A DNA stretch of 62,508 bases, counting the filler, from Collodictyon triciliatum (Eukaryota): NCBI GenBank assembly GCA_043381765.1. It is 6 parts of 6 records of this genome, joined end to end, with 100 filler letters (N's around TTAATTAATTAA, not from the genome) between each part and the next. Parts side by side here need not be neighbours in the genome. Positions count along the whole stretch, not along the records: positions 33,346 to 44,349 come from JBHJMP010002505.1; positions 44,450 to 55,448 come from JBHJMP010002506.1; 4 more parts are not named here. The stretch is one strand, 5' to 3'. The notes under the pieces were generated by a model, which had not been told where the DNA came from, did not search any database, and saw nothing but the letters and a program-made list of their open reading frames with translations. Below are positions 33,456 to 46,037 of the stretch, in pieces. Position 1 is the first letter of the stretch. Each line of letters begins with the position of its first letter. The translations under genes and the position numbers were made by a program.

Positions 33456-34794
33456 GTATGTTCAAATATGTCAGTTCCTGGTCTCCCTATGCTATTCATG
33501 GGACAAGAATTTCTTGAGAGGTTTTTTTGTATCTTTTAAGATTGGTTCATATGTCAGATGCTGCTACAATCTCTCAAATTATTTATTTTTCGGTAGTCAA
33601 AATTTCAAATTCGAAGACACTCCAAACTTAGACTGGTCAAAGGTATCTACATCATCTGTCGATATCATTCTCTCAATAATATAAACCCAGCTTTTATCTA
33701 TGGATATGCTATCGCTCTGTAAAGGACTGAGAAATATATCGAAGGTTGGGGATTTCCAAGCAAATGGCAGTGGCGCCGGCCAGTGGGAATCCTTTGGGAC
33801 ATTTCACGTTTTTTAGTTTATTACTTGGATTGAAAGACACTTCAGCCTTATTTTTTTTTATTTGCCTCACATCCCTTTGGTGGTATGTAATGAATCCCAA
33901 AGTTCACAAACAATGCCATGTAGGGTATCTTTCAGCTCACCAGAGACTTCATCAGGCTGCGTAGGAATCTGGACGGACTCAGCCAAGGGGTAATGAGGAC
34001 TAAAAAAACTCACAGTACTTGGTTCCTTTCTTGTTTTGTTTTTTTTTTAAATAACCCCATCATTTTGCTTTAGCTTTTATCAACAAACCTGAACTTCTTC
34101 CACACAAACAACAATGACAAAGTCATAGGTATATTCTTTTTCTTCTTTTATTTAACTTTCCTTTTAACTTGGAACCCATTTACCTCTACTTTCTTGCCAA
34201 CATAGCTCTGAAGCATTTTTTTGAACTATTCACAATTCGGATGTTCCCCAATAGAAATAACATATTTGAATTATTTATTTATCCAAAGGATTTCATCGTT
34301 GGTCAAAAGGTGGCCCTGGGGATGATGTCATCGTTGTTGCAAACTTTGCAAATAAGTCTTACAATAACGGCTACATTATTGGCTTTCCAAGAGGTATGGT
34401 TGTGTGTCCTCCCATTGCTTAATGACACCAAACTTCAAACGGGACTGGGTCGGCAAAATACTGACCAAAGATACTCCTTTCAAGCGGGAGAGTATACAGT
34501 TTGCCTCAATAGCGATTTGAAGAAATACTCGCAAGATTTTGGTGACTTTGGCGCCCAATACCCCATCATAAAGACATCACCGGGGGACCAAGACGGTTGG
34601 CCGCCCCCTTATTTTTTTTTAAAAAAACAAAAAAATACAGTACAGAAGCTAGAAACCCCAAACATTTTGAACTCAACGCGGAGGCGTCAGTGTTAAAATC
34701 CGGTTTTTCAATATTGCACGCTACAGGATTTGCCAACAAGGGAACTGTTTATCCGGGCCCGTACTCTGTCCTCGTTCTTTGTTTTAAACGCTAG
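33456..34794 (+). CDS. 3' exons of an uncharacterised gene
   Basis: Exon-like blocks (SSPETSSGCVGIWTDSAKG; YSFQAGEYTVCLNSDL; GFSILHATGFANKGTVYPGPYSVLVLCFKR*) separated by GT-AG introns. Confidence 0.5.
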
Positions 34795-35190
34795 TCACCG
34801 CACCATAAATATCAATATGCAAAATCTTCCCCTTCCCTTGTTCTTCATGACATAAAGCGGAAGTCTTGTGAGTGTGATAGAATAGACATGTTTGGCCTTG
34901 CACCGTTAGCGCAGCGACTAAGTTCAGATACAGGCAACCAATCAAGGGCAGTAACAACAGCTCCTATTATGATACTATGATTTTATATTTTATGTAAAAA
35001 TACACACATAAAGACTGTCTTAAATGATACATTTACAGAAAAATACGTTCAATTTATAAATTCCACAAATAAATATAATTGAATAAAAGACATAAATAGA
35101 AACGGATCAGAATCAAACTCAATAATTTCTATATTTAGAAATCATTAAAATTGTGCTTTCAATGTGTGTTTGTTGCAACCCACCAACCAG

Positions 35191-35737
<547 letters not shown>

Positions 35738-35967
35738 GCGTATGTCAGCAATGCGACGATACTGACGCAACCCGCTGTTCGCAGCCTGCCTTAGCTGAAT
35801 GAGCCCGGGCTGCCTTGTATTTCTGCTTATGAACCTCTTGATTTGTTGCATCGCCCATAATCACTCAGAACTCACCCTGCGTAGCCAGGATCAGCAAATA
35901 TCCTTTTAACGGGGTTCTACGTAATAAATGAAAGCTTATGCTCTAATATGTGTGTGAAGAGCGAGAT

Positions 35968-37052
35968 TTATTCGTGTGATTCGTCCGCCTTGTGCATGGA
36001 TTTTATCATTGACTGGACGCGGGCTAATACGACCGAATTGGTTTGTGACGAGCACGAGTCAGGCGTGAATGGAGGTCTGATATTTACGGTGTCCAGGACT
36101 CTGATGCAGTCTCCTGCCTCTGTATATGGGACGTGATGCTGGGATATTATAGCGAGAAACGTGTTTTTGTGTGAGTGTGTGGACGCAGTGTATGGTAGGG
36201 GATGTATCTGTCCGCATACCCTTCGAAGGAGGTTTGTGAGCCTCTGCCTCTGTGCTTCTGTGTCCTCTTCCTGCACGGGGGATGACTCGGCCTGGATTTG
36301 TTATTTTCTTTTAGTAGGAAGGGGGCGCTTGACTCATATGTTGGTATTCATTTGCTGCATTGTCGAAGAGGTAGAAAGGTGGCAGAAAAATATGTTATTA
36401 TCAGATCTGCAACCTTGTTATTGCATAAACGGCCTTGTATTAGCACTTGAAACTGAGAGACAAGCGCGTGATTGGTAATTTGGTGGGATACTAGGTAAAC
36501 ATGGGAAGTAATAAGTGTGGCATGGCCGACACAATCGAAGTTGGGGAGTAGAGAAGAATTAATGTAATCTAATCGAGAAGGATGTATTATGAACTCGTGA
36601 TTTGTTTCGAAAAGATGAGGAATAGCACTTGATAGACTTTTAATGCCGTGCCAGAAAGCAACGTGGAGTTTTGGTGTCTGCGAATCTTCCGTCTCCTGTC
36701 GCGGGATATAGTCAGATGCAGGGGTAGTAAGGTTTAAGGGAATATAAAAGTTGGCCAGCGATTTTGTATATTTGTTTGTGTGAAGGGTGGTATAATAAAC
36801 TTAATACATACTTCCAAAACGACTATACTCTGGTTCATCACGTCAATGGTGTAGCAAAACCCCTCAATATACTTTTTTATGGAGGGTCAATAGACCAGTT
36901 TTTTTTAAAATAGTCAGAACATCAAACAAGTATCACGTTTATGGCTAAGTTGATGTGGCGGAGTTTTGTGGTACCTCTCGATTCTCGCGGTCCTCCAGTA
37001 AAAGGATCTTTACTTTCTTGCCAACGTCGTCCAACGATAGACTCGAGTCCAT
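35968..37052 (-). CDS. GEMIN6: Gemin6-like (Sm-like fold plus C-terminal AD domain), multi-exon
   Basis: Exons: MDSSLSLDDVGKKVKILL.. / EGFCYTIDVMNQSIVVL / LHVAFWHGIKSL / QRQRLTNLLRR|HHVPYTEAGDCIRVLDTVNIRPPFTPDSCSSQTNSVVLARVQSMI; compare Gemin6 WLEKNHIP..TIDPPYGPENCSSSNEIILSRVQ. Confidence 0.75.
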
Positions 37053-37555
37053 TCAGGTGTATTGCCCAGGATGAGGAATAGATTGTTGCCTGTTGCACCA
37101 TTTACTCGTGATTTCGCGATCTTCCGGCCGCCTTTCCCTTGTCAGCCAAGGTGCTATCTTACTCAATGGTATGAGGCAGAAGAAAAGAAGAGAAAAGAAA
37201 AGAAAAGAAGAGAAGAGAAAAGAAAAGAAAAGAAAATCGAAAGTCGAAAGTCGAAAGTCAATCCTAATCGAATCCAGATTTAATTGGCCCAGTCTTCTTG
37301 ATTAAGGTATATCCATGTTGGGGATTTTCAGCTCAAATAGGACATACTCACAAAGGCAAGTTTCATTGTGGGGGAAATATCCACATATAGAAAAATATTT
37401 TATATCCTTTTCAGTCCAAGGATTATTGTCCATATAAAGCAAGTTACCCCCAAGTATGGCGTCACAATAAACGCCGGAGAGGTATATTTAATCGCGCCGA
37501 TTTTCTGCTTGCCTTTGGGTTTTCCAGTGTATTTCCTGCGACTTCTTGTTTGCAG

Positions 37556-37970
37556 CAACTCCAACACCACAAAGCAAAAAGAGAGGCCACCCATCGTTCC
37601 ACTGCAGGCTTCAGAAGACACTGTTGAAATGAACGCACCGAGAATGACCCCACTGCAGCCGCCCGAGTCTCTGCTGGCAGAACTCTCGAAGGACAAGGCG
37701 ACCACGCACAACTTCGGCGCGACAATCCGCAGCTTCGGACAAACCAGCGACAGCCATCAGACTAACTGGCAGGCTCCTCCAGCGGCCAGGAGCATTGGAA
37801 CCCAGAGAAATCCTTCCTTGGGCACGATTCTGCGTGGGTTGCTCCCAGTATCTCTGTTGGGGCCTTCTCTTGAGGATGCAGATGACAACGAGCAGGAAAA
37901 GCGGTTTGTGCAGAGCATCTCGGCCAACTGGGGTCGTGGGCGGACGCTATCCTTCGGTTCTTCTTGGTGA
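37556..37970 (+). CDS. Possible last exon of a small uncharacterised gene
   Basis: GC-richer open frame after a TTTGCAG acceptor; no recognisable domain. Confidence 0.35.
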
Positions 37971-38634
37971 CATCCTACTTGCAGTTGGCTGCTCGAACGG
38001 GCCTGTTGATCTCGTGTATGATTGCCTGTGTGCAGTTCTCCCGCTCTGTAACTTTCTGCTCTTGCCTCCTTTTCACTCGCCGCCGAGGCGGTTTGTATCC
38101 ATCTTGTGCCGATCTTTTCTTTTTTTTTTTACTTGCGGGTTGAAGAACTGAGCAAAGAAATAAATTGTATCCTTTTCTCAAAGCCGTTTCAAACATCACT
38201 GCATAGATTTTTCTAATACCTGGTTATGCCTTTTATTTCCATGGGGGTGAATTGGGTGAAGAAATGAATTCTGCGAAAGAAATTTTATTTTCCAGATATG
38301 ATTATTTATGTATGAATGTTCGAGACTGGCGGTTTTTCTTTTCAGCGCGGAGGGCTTTAGTACGCGTGGGTGCTGCTTTTGAGGAATCGCAATGCTGACA
38401 AAGACATCTGGCTTCGCTTGATCGGAAGGAAGTCTTTTGAATAGAAGAGCTACTTTATCCTTCTACGGTGCCGAAGCTCGAGTTAGACTATGTGTAAAAT
38501 AACATCAAAGAGGCAAAGGCGAGGTGGAAGGGTGCCCAACTAAAACATTTCTTTTTCCTGAATAATCCGTCCAACCGACGAGCAGGCTGACACTATTCAC
38601 ACCAGGGAATATATCGAAATAAGTTGGTGGTATT

Positions 38635-38719
38635 AAGTTGTGCGAGTAAGTCCTTTGTATGGCATAACCTCGCTGCACTTTGAATCGAATAAAGGAAAAA
38701 AAAAGTTGTGCGAGTAAGT
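38635..38719 (+). mobile_element. Tiny poly(A) retro-insert, copy D (longest clean copy, 51 nt)
   Basis: 17-bp direct repeat AAGTTGTGCGAGTAAGT (38635-38651, 38703-38719) flanks CCTTTGTATGGCATAACCTCGCTGCACTTTGAATCGAATAAAGG(A)n. Confidence 0.88.
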
Positions 38720-39165
38720 TCGAGTGAGAGAAAAAAAAGGTCGTGTGTATGCACCTTTGTGAGCAAGTTTATTCGGTCCTATCTGGCCTTGGACTCTACC
38801 TGTTCCACTTATCTTACGCACTGTTTTCTTTTGCTTTTTTTTTCTTTCTTTCTAGATAGTCTTTCATCCAGATTACGATTCCCATATATTGGCTTTACAA
38901 CTGGGTGGTTTTCTGTTAATTTTAGGATATTTTAATGGTCGCTGGAATGATAAGTTTTTTCTCTTAATCGTTTCTCGTCTGACCTGGTTTGCATAACATC
39001 AACTCTAGCTAACTTCACAGCCTCACTATCTGGGACAACGGGACTGTAAAAGATAAACGGAAAAAAAATATTGTAGCCAAACACGCAACACACAGGCAGA
39101 TTTTTTTCACTAAAATAAAGGTGTCCAAACAAGAGTAAGTTTCTTTTGAAAAGAAGAGCCTACAC

Positions 39166-42100
39166 ATGGATTTGTACAATATCAAAGACGAGGCGATCAC
39201 CTCACGGAATGCAACCAAGGTCGTCTCGAAAAAGTAAGATTTTGATTCTTATATCTTTTATTTTTGAAATGCTATTGTGAATTAAGAATAAAAAGCCAAA
39301 CTGAAGATATGAGGCGCTGTGTGTAAACAAGCAAAGAAACAATTCAATTGTATACTTTTTTAAAAAGGGGATTTAATCCATGGTTAAACCCTTGACTTTG
39401 TCTCTTATAAAACTCAGTATGTGGCAAGCCAGAATATTTCTTACCTTTTATCATGAAATACATTATTAGCAAGAATGAGATGAAGTTCATTCCAAGTCAC
39501 ATTCAAAAGACCATGCAACAATTCGAGGTGAAGAAATTTATGACAAGAGCTAATACACAAATGACATTTTTATTTGTCCTTGCCATATTGTTAAACGCGA
39601 TTGGAAACCTGTAAATGAAGAGAAAATCGCCAATGTGAGAGCGAGTCAACATAATAATGAGGTGATTTTTTTTATCAGAACAATGAATTGGACGATGGCA
39701 GTCAGGAACAACCAGAAACGATTATTCCTCCTTCGAATAGATTTCATGAGTTTCTAATATATTTTGTTGAGGTAATATCGCATATTTACTCTCCTTTTCC
39801 AGGAACTGCAGCATTGCGCGAGCCTATATCTTCACTTATCAACATTTTTTTGATATTTTTCTTTCGTTTTTATCAATCGCTTTACATTATGTACTTAGTA
39901 TGCTTACAAACTCATTGAATTCCAGACAAAAGGATTCTCCAATTTTATAATGGGCTGCATTTTGGTGAATTCGATTCTACTCGCCCTCGAGGTAGACCCC
40001 AGCACCACAGAAACTGCAGCACAAGTGTACTCTGTAAGAGATAAATACGAACAAACTACAAACAAACTACAAACATCATAATACAAACATCATAATACAA
40101 ACATCATAATACAAACATCATAATACAAACATCATAATACAAACATCATAATACAAACATCATAATACAAACATCATAATACAAACATCATAATACAAAC
40201 ATCATAATACAAACATCATAATACAAACATCATAATACAAACATCATAATACAAACACACATTTAAACATACATTTAAACATACGTATAAAGAAATTTAT
40301 TAAGAAAATGAAAGAAAATGCGACAAAACTTTACTAAAGCAAGTATATACGATTTTGCACACCACATTTGAAAAAGGATGTCATTCTAAAATCCTTTGTT
40401 TAAATTTATTCTTCAGTTAATGGACGTAGCTTTTCTCGTAATTTATACTATAGAATTGGTTTTGAAGAATTACGTCGATTTCAAGGCAATTATTTTACCA
40501 AATAATCATACTTTATCCAGATAAAAATGATATGTCAGTTATGATATTATGTTTCCTCGTATTCGATTCAATGGAAGGAAGGGGGGGTTTATATTTTTTT
40601 TTTATCACTGTTATGATACTATGTTTAATATTATCTTATGTATTCCAATTGTTGATAATGATTAAGGCACATATATTCAATGACTAATTTCCCACTTAGT
40701 ATCATATCAATCCAATCGGCCCTTTCGTCCTTTCTCAAAGAAAAAATAAAGCGATAAAAACAAAACAAAAATCTCGCAATCCTAATTTAGAACCGAATGG
40801 TATAGGGGTATTGGTCCAACAACTTCAACAGATTTGACGCGCTCGTTCTATTCTTTTCATATATCACACAAGTCAACGTGTTTAGTTCGCAAGGAAATTT
40901 CAGTGTTTTTCGTATTCTTAGAGGTAAACATCGAATGTTCATTCTTCTGTTAAAAGAGTATCGACTAATCATTTGTATATTCATATGGTAAACCCTGTTT
41001 TCCTTTCGTTGAATGAAATACAATTTTCTATTTACTAATTTTACGATATCTCTCACGTTCCTCCGCCGTTAATTAAAGCATTTCGAGCTTTCCGTGCGTT
41101 CAGAGGAGTTTCTTTCATTCGACCTCTTCAAGTAAGATGGCTATCAATTCCCTCTTCACTACGCACACACACGTATGAATAAGTGATTGCAGATGCGCGA
41201 TATGATGACACTTTCCATCGAATATGATTTCTCCATCTAAGAAGCATACCCAATTCTATGTATAGGTCATTGTCACAGCACTCATTAAAACTTTTGGCAG
41301 CATCATCAATCTAATTATGCTCATGTTGCTATTTATTTTTGTCTTTGCAATAATTGGCATCAACTTCTTCGGGAGCAATGAGCTGACATTTGATGATTGG
41401 GGAACTTTGGGGAATGCTATGTACACTCTTTTCATTTATGTCACGGTATGTAATCTCATACATAAAAGCACTCTTCTAGTTCAAAACTGTCACTTGCATT
41501 TTTCTTTAGCAAAGAAAGTAAAATAAAGCCCATACAAAAACCAGTCAAAGGGAACACGCGAACTCTTATATTAAATACCGATAATGCAGGCAGACAATTG
41601 GAGCGACATACAGTCAAGGATGGATGAAGCATATGGACTTGGAAGTCGTTTCTACAGTGTTCTCTTTATATTCATAGGAAACCTTATATTTACAAATCTT
41701 TTCATTGGAATCATTATTCAGGTTTGCAGGGCACAGTCACGAAGTAGTACTAGATTTTTTACAATTTAATTCCTCATTTTGATCATATTTTTATACACTT
41801 AGTAACTCTTTCTTTTTTGGGTCGTATGTCACATTTGTAGAATCTGGATGAAGCAACTGAAGAGGATAAGCGAATCCAAAAGCTGAAGAGGCAAAAAGTA
41901 GTCGCCAGAAAGAAAGCTTTCATTGAGGAGAGACAAAAGCGTGACTATGAGAAACTATTGGCCAGAAAAGTAATTCATCTTTTGGCTCACAATTCTTCTT
42001 GTTCTTGTTCTTGGTCTTGTTCTTGTTCTTGTTCTTATTCTTGTTCTTCTCTATACGTATTAGTGAACCTAATTCAGTCTGCGATGAAATAAAAAAAAAG

Positions 42101-42620
42101 AGAGAAAGAGGTCTTTCTATTCGACAAAGTGTGACATCAGGAACAACTACTGATGCATTCTTTTTATCTTAGAAAATTAACCCTGGCGCTGATATCCAAC
42201 AAATTCTTGGTGACATGGTTGGGCGCCTTCCACACAACGACATGGTTCCTATGAACCACATCGGCTGCAATCTGAAATGGATGGAGGCTTATCTTATCGG
42301 CTTAAATCACCAGGTATGTGTTTTCCTTCACACGCACACGCTCTCAAATGCTGCTGTTTTTCTTTCCTTTTCTTTATCCTTTCTTAGCACTCCACACGTC
42401 CCTGGTACCTCCGTTTATCACATGCCATTTCCTCCTTTGCGAGGACCGCAAGAAATCATTGCATACTTACAATCTCAAACCACAGGAAAATACCATGTAT
42501 CGGTGCCAACAAATTCACTTTGAGATTGCAACAACATTGGCAGAGTTTGTGGAACGTCAATACCAATTGCAGAGGAATCCGGATGCCAGAGAGACAGGCC
42601 CCTCCTATCGATACAACTGA
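39166..42620 (+). CDS. CATSPER3: CatSper-family (CatSper3-like) 6TM cation channel subunit, multi-exon
   Basis: S4 FRILRAFRAFRAFR; pore LFIYVT|ADNW (CatSper TxDxW); S6 FTNLFIGIIIQNL; tail MEAYLIGLNHQENTMYRCQQIHFEIATTL parallels CatSper3 IDIYFSTLDYQDTTVHKLQELYYEIVHVL. Confidence 0.85.
40071..40256. repeat. 14-bp minisatellite (AAACATCATAATAC) x13, intronic
   Basis: Head-to-tail identical units with no spacers. Confidence 0.95.
40538..40626 (-). mobile_element. Tiny retro-insert, degenerate copy H
   Basis: GTTATGATAYTATGTTT at 40538-40554 and 40610-40626 flanks CCTCGTATTCGATTCAA...; intronic. Confidence 0.55.
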
Positions 42621-42911
42621 AGAAGAAACAGACACACAGCAAAACAAAGCAGCCTCGTGCGCCACACAATCCACAGAGCTGCCCAATAGAAAACAACTCC
42701 GCCCCTCCCCACGCCTTGGCCCCCACCAACCCAAAGGTAGTGGAAAGAAGAGATTTGAAATAATGCCAACTGGCCGCACTTTCAGCCCCGCGTCGACACT
42801 TGAATTAAATGGCAAACCTCTCAATTTTAGTACCATGAATTTAGAAAAAGAAACTGTACTTGTCTACTGGCGAAGCGCGTAGCAAACGTGTCTGCAGCAA
42901 AAAAACTGAGA

Positions 42912-42984
42912 TGCTTCCTAGCGGAATCGAACCACTGATCTCTCCCTTACTAGGGGAGCGCCTTGCCGTCTGGGCCAAGGAAGC
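42912..42984 (-). tRNA. tRNA-Thr(AGT)
   Basis: Cloverleaf GCTTCCT..AGGAAGC-A; anticodon arm CTCCC-CTAGTAA-GGGAG; GGTTCGATTCC T-arm; oligo-T Pol III terminator just downstream. Confidence 0.95.
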
Positions 42985-43360
42985 TTCCTGACCATACAAG
43001 GATTTGTAAGTCTCTCTATATTACCAATACCGTTTTCTTTTGTGCTCTGTTGGGTTATCTTTGAGCTGGACTTCGGCGATGCGAAAAACAGCCGGCTGCG
43101 GTGTCTGACAACAAAATACTTATCTGGCATCAGTTGCCAAAGCAACAACCATGCAAAAAAGCTATGCGAGCTAATACTTAACATTCCGACTTTGACAAGA
43201 GGAAACTCATAGTCAATATATAGATAACAAGAAAGGTAAGTGTCCACACGGTCTCATATTCACATAGCTGAGGTATTTTTTTCCCACTAAATTAAGCTAA
43301 AATGGTGCAATGAAGATTTCATGTCTAACAGTTTGTATTTTGCGGGTTCGTTCTTTAATT

Positions 43361-43432
43361 TTCTTCTGGTTCTTGGCATAACCTCGCTACACTTTGAATC
43401 GAATAAAGGAAAAAAAAAATTCTTTTGGTTCT
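43361..43432 (+). mobile_element. Tiny poly(A) retro-insert, copy E
   Basis: TGGCATAACCTCGCTACACTTTGAATCGAATAAAGG(A)10 has one mismatch to copy D; flanked by TTCTTYTGGTTCT (43361-43373, 43420-43432). Confidence 0.82.
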
Positions 43433-43479
43433 GTGATGAAGCGGGAAATTTGAATATTTTCATGGTTTGTAAATCATAT

Positions 43480-43820
43480 CTAAGAGTGTGGTTGTGATTG
43501 TGTTGTGTGATGGCCGTGATGTGGGCACTCCGGGTGATGGTGATGGTGCCCTGCATCCCTTCCAGCAGGTGAACTGGGCCCACTATCACTATCTTCACTT
43601 CCGCTGCTTTCCGTATCGCTTTCTCCAAAAGCACGTTGCTTGTGAAATATGCAGCATCCTAAAAATATCGGCAGTATTTATACACTTGCTGCTGTTGAAT
43701 CGATTCATTTTTTAAAATATGTATATATTTCTATGTGAAGGTTATACTTTTGGACTTCTTTTTGTTCATGTGTTCATTATCGACAGTATCTTCAGTCCAC
43801 TGTATCCGGTTTGTTGAGAC
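43480..43820 (-). CDS. PPP1R11: PP1 inhibitor-3 (PPP1R11/Ypi1), last two exons; upstream exons unresolved
   Basis: Exons 43820-43748 and 43658-43480 read [39 protein letters not shown], the family signature with its RVxW motif. Confidence 0.9.
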
Positions 43821-44349
43821 CTATTCCAGTGTGTTTTATATACATAACTAATTTAAAAGAAGAGCACGAGTGATTGGGATGTTAGTGGAGCGTGGGGAGA
43901 AAAGAGAGAAGCCAAGAGTATGGGATGCACCACTACCTTAACAATAAATCCTTTATGAAAGATGTTGAAAGAAAGAAGTTCATATACCAAACCTTCTTTT
44001 TCTTTTCCTTTGGGTGGTGATGCTGCGTCTCAGGATCGATGGTTTGATGGAAGTTGGCTGGAGGGGGGAACAACAATGTCTGTTGCGCGGGTTGTGTGAT
44101 TTGATAGTAGACGCGTTGAAACAAAGGTCAGGGGTCATACAACCAAAAAGTGGATAAAAACCAGAAAAAAAAGAGAGAGAAAAAAGAGAGAGAAAAAAAA
44201 GAGAGAAAAAAGAGAGAAAAAAGAGAGAAAAAAAAGAGAGAAAAAAAAGAGAGAAAAAAAAGAGAGAAAAAAAAGAGAGAAAAAAAAGAGAGAAAAAAAA
44301 AAAGAGAAAAAAAAAGAGAGAAAAAAAAGAGAGAAAAAAAAGAGAAAAA

Positions 44350-44449
44350 NNNNNNNNNNNNNNNNNNNNNNNNNNNNNNNNNNNNNNNNNNNNTTAATTA
44401 ATTAANNNNNNNNNNNNNNNNNNNNNNNNNNNNNNNNNNNNNNNNNNNN
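44350..44449. other. Artificial contig spacer
   Basis: Same 100-nt spacer. Confidence 0.98.
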
Positions 44450-44542
44450 AAAAAAAAAAAATTACAACAATTTTTTTTTTTTTTTTTTTTTTTAATTTTC
44501 CCCCCCCCCCCCCCCCCCCTCCTTTCATTCGGATTAAAGCCT

Positions 44543-46037
44543 CCCCTGTATTAACCATCAGCTGTCTCTGTTTTTTATTTTATTTTATTTTTTCTTTTCC
44601 AGAGAAAATGGTTCAAAGTAGTGAAAGACGCCGCGTCTTTAATTCAGGTTTGAAAATAAGCAATGACGCATGTGGAGCTACTATGTATTTTATCATATTG
44701 ACAATATGTGATAATGTTTTCGATATCAACTATCGCTAACAGACTATGTGGAGAAGATATACTGCCAAGAAAAGGTATCTTGCAGTTAGAAAAGCGATTA
44801 TCAAGATGCAGGTGAATCTACCTTTACGAATGATATTTTTCATGAGCTGTAATTGGATGCATAATGTGCAAGCAACTTTTCAAAGTTAAAGGATGATTTA
44901 TGGACTATTTCCGTGTATTAGTCATTTACAAGAATGCTACGTTCTTTGAAAGTTGCTCGTTTACTCAGACAGAATAAAGCAGCAACACAGATTCAAGTAA
45001 TCATACTTTACTTTGCATGATTTTATTCGTTCATTTGATCCACCTTTGGTGTGCACATATCTAACCATCCGAACGCGAAACTATAAAATTTTTTTTAGTC
45101 AACTTATAAGATGTCTATCGTGAGAAAATGGTACTTGGGTATCATGAAGAAAGTTAAGCTCATACAACAAAACTATCGTTGGTTTAGAATCAGAACAAAA
45201 TATTTGGAACTGATTGAAGCTGTGAGTTTTTATATTGTCATACAATTTATTTACTTCCTTATATATTTAAAGAAAGAAGATCAGCTTTATCGCTGAGTGT
45301 AAACTCACAACAATAATGAAATCTTCAACAAAACTAATATGCGTATAGGACCGCATGCAGAAAAATCTAAAACAGAGGTTAGAAAATGCCTTGTTTGAAT
45401 TAGAAGAGGAAAGGCAAAAGGTAGATGGGTACTTTTCGTGGCATTTGGTTACTTTGAGCTTAATACCATTATTTATATCCTACTTTATTTTATTCAGTAT
45501 TCAGTCGTTTAAATTTTAAAACTAAATGGACCCTGTACTCTCAAACAAAATGACAGAGGGTTGCTGCGGAACTTAAAGCAAGTAGTCTTGAAGAGCAGCT
45601 GGTGATGTTGTCTATGCAAAACACAAGCAAGAATTCTACACCCAGTTCATACGCACTCGCAGAAGAAAGCGCTAGTTCGAATCATCCAGAGAACGAGCTT
45701 CGAATTATTGCCACCCGTTGTGATGAAATGGAAACAACCATTAACCAACACACTTCCGATATACAGCTTCAATTGGCCGAGCAGTATCGTTTTTCAACAC
45801 AAAAAATTGCAGAATTAGAGGCTCTTCTGAAAGAAAGTACTGACATTCGCCTCAAGGTAGGTTCCTCTTCGAAACATAGCCGCGCTCTTTTGTTGCGAAT
45901 ATGATCTTGAAGCAGAATTTGACTAATATGACTTTATAAATCACACCCGGCGTAGTTGGAGGCTGATATTGAAAACCTTCGCGTAAAAATATCATCCAGC
46001 CCATGGCCGACAGACATCATGCAACATATTACTGATG
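44543..46037 (+). CDS. IQ-repeat plus coiled-coil fragment (myosin neck/tail-like)
   Basis: Tandem IQ motifs across exons (AASLIQ|TMWRRY, AIIKMQ|SFTRM, AATQIQ|STYKM, VKLIQQNYRWF) followed by heptad-rich sequence. Confidence 0.7.

Noticed and set aside
35738-35930. Histone 3' stem-loop
   Set aside because: No match to the 6-bp stem/4-nt loop consensus; AATAAA is present instead.
40071-40256. Regular repeat array that could suggest CRISPR
   Set aside because: Units are contiguous with no spacers; it is an intronic minisatellite.
43500-43600. Possible hairpin or pre-miRNA (GTGATGGTGATGG..CCACTATCACTATC)
   Set aside because: Explained by His and Ser/Asp codons of the PPP1R11 last exon on the minus strand.
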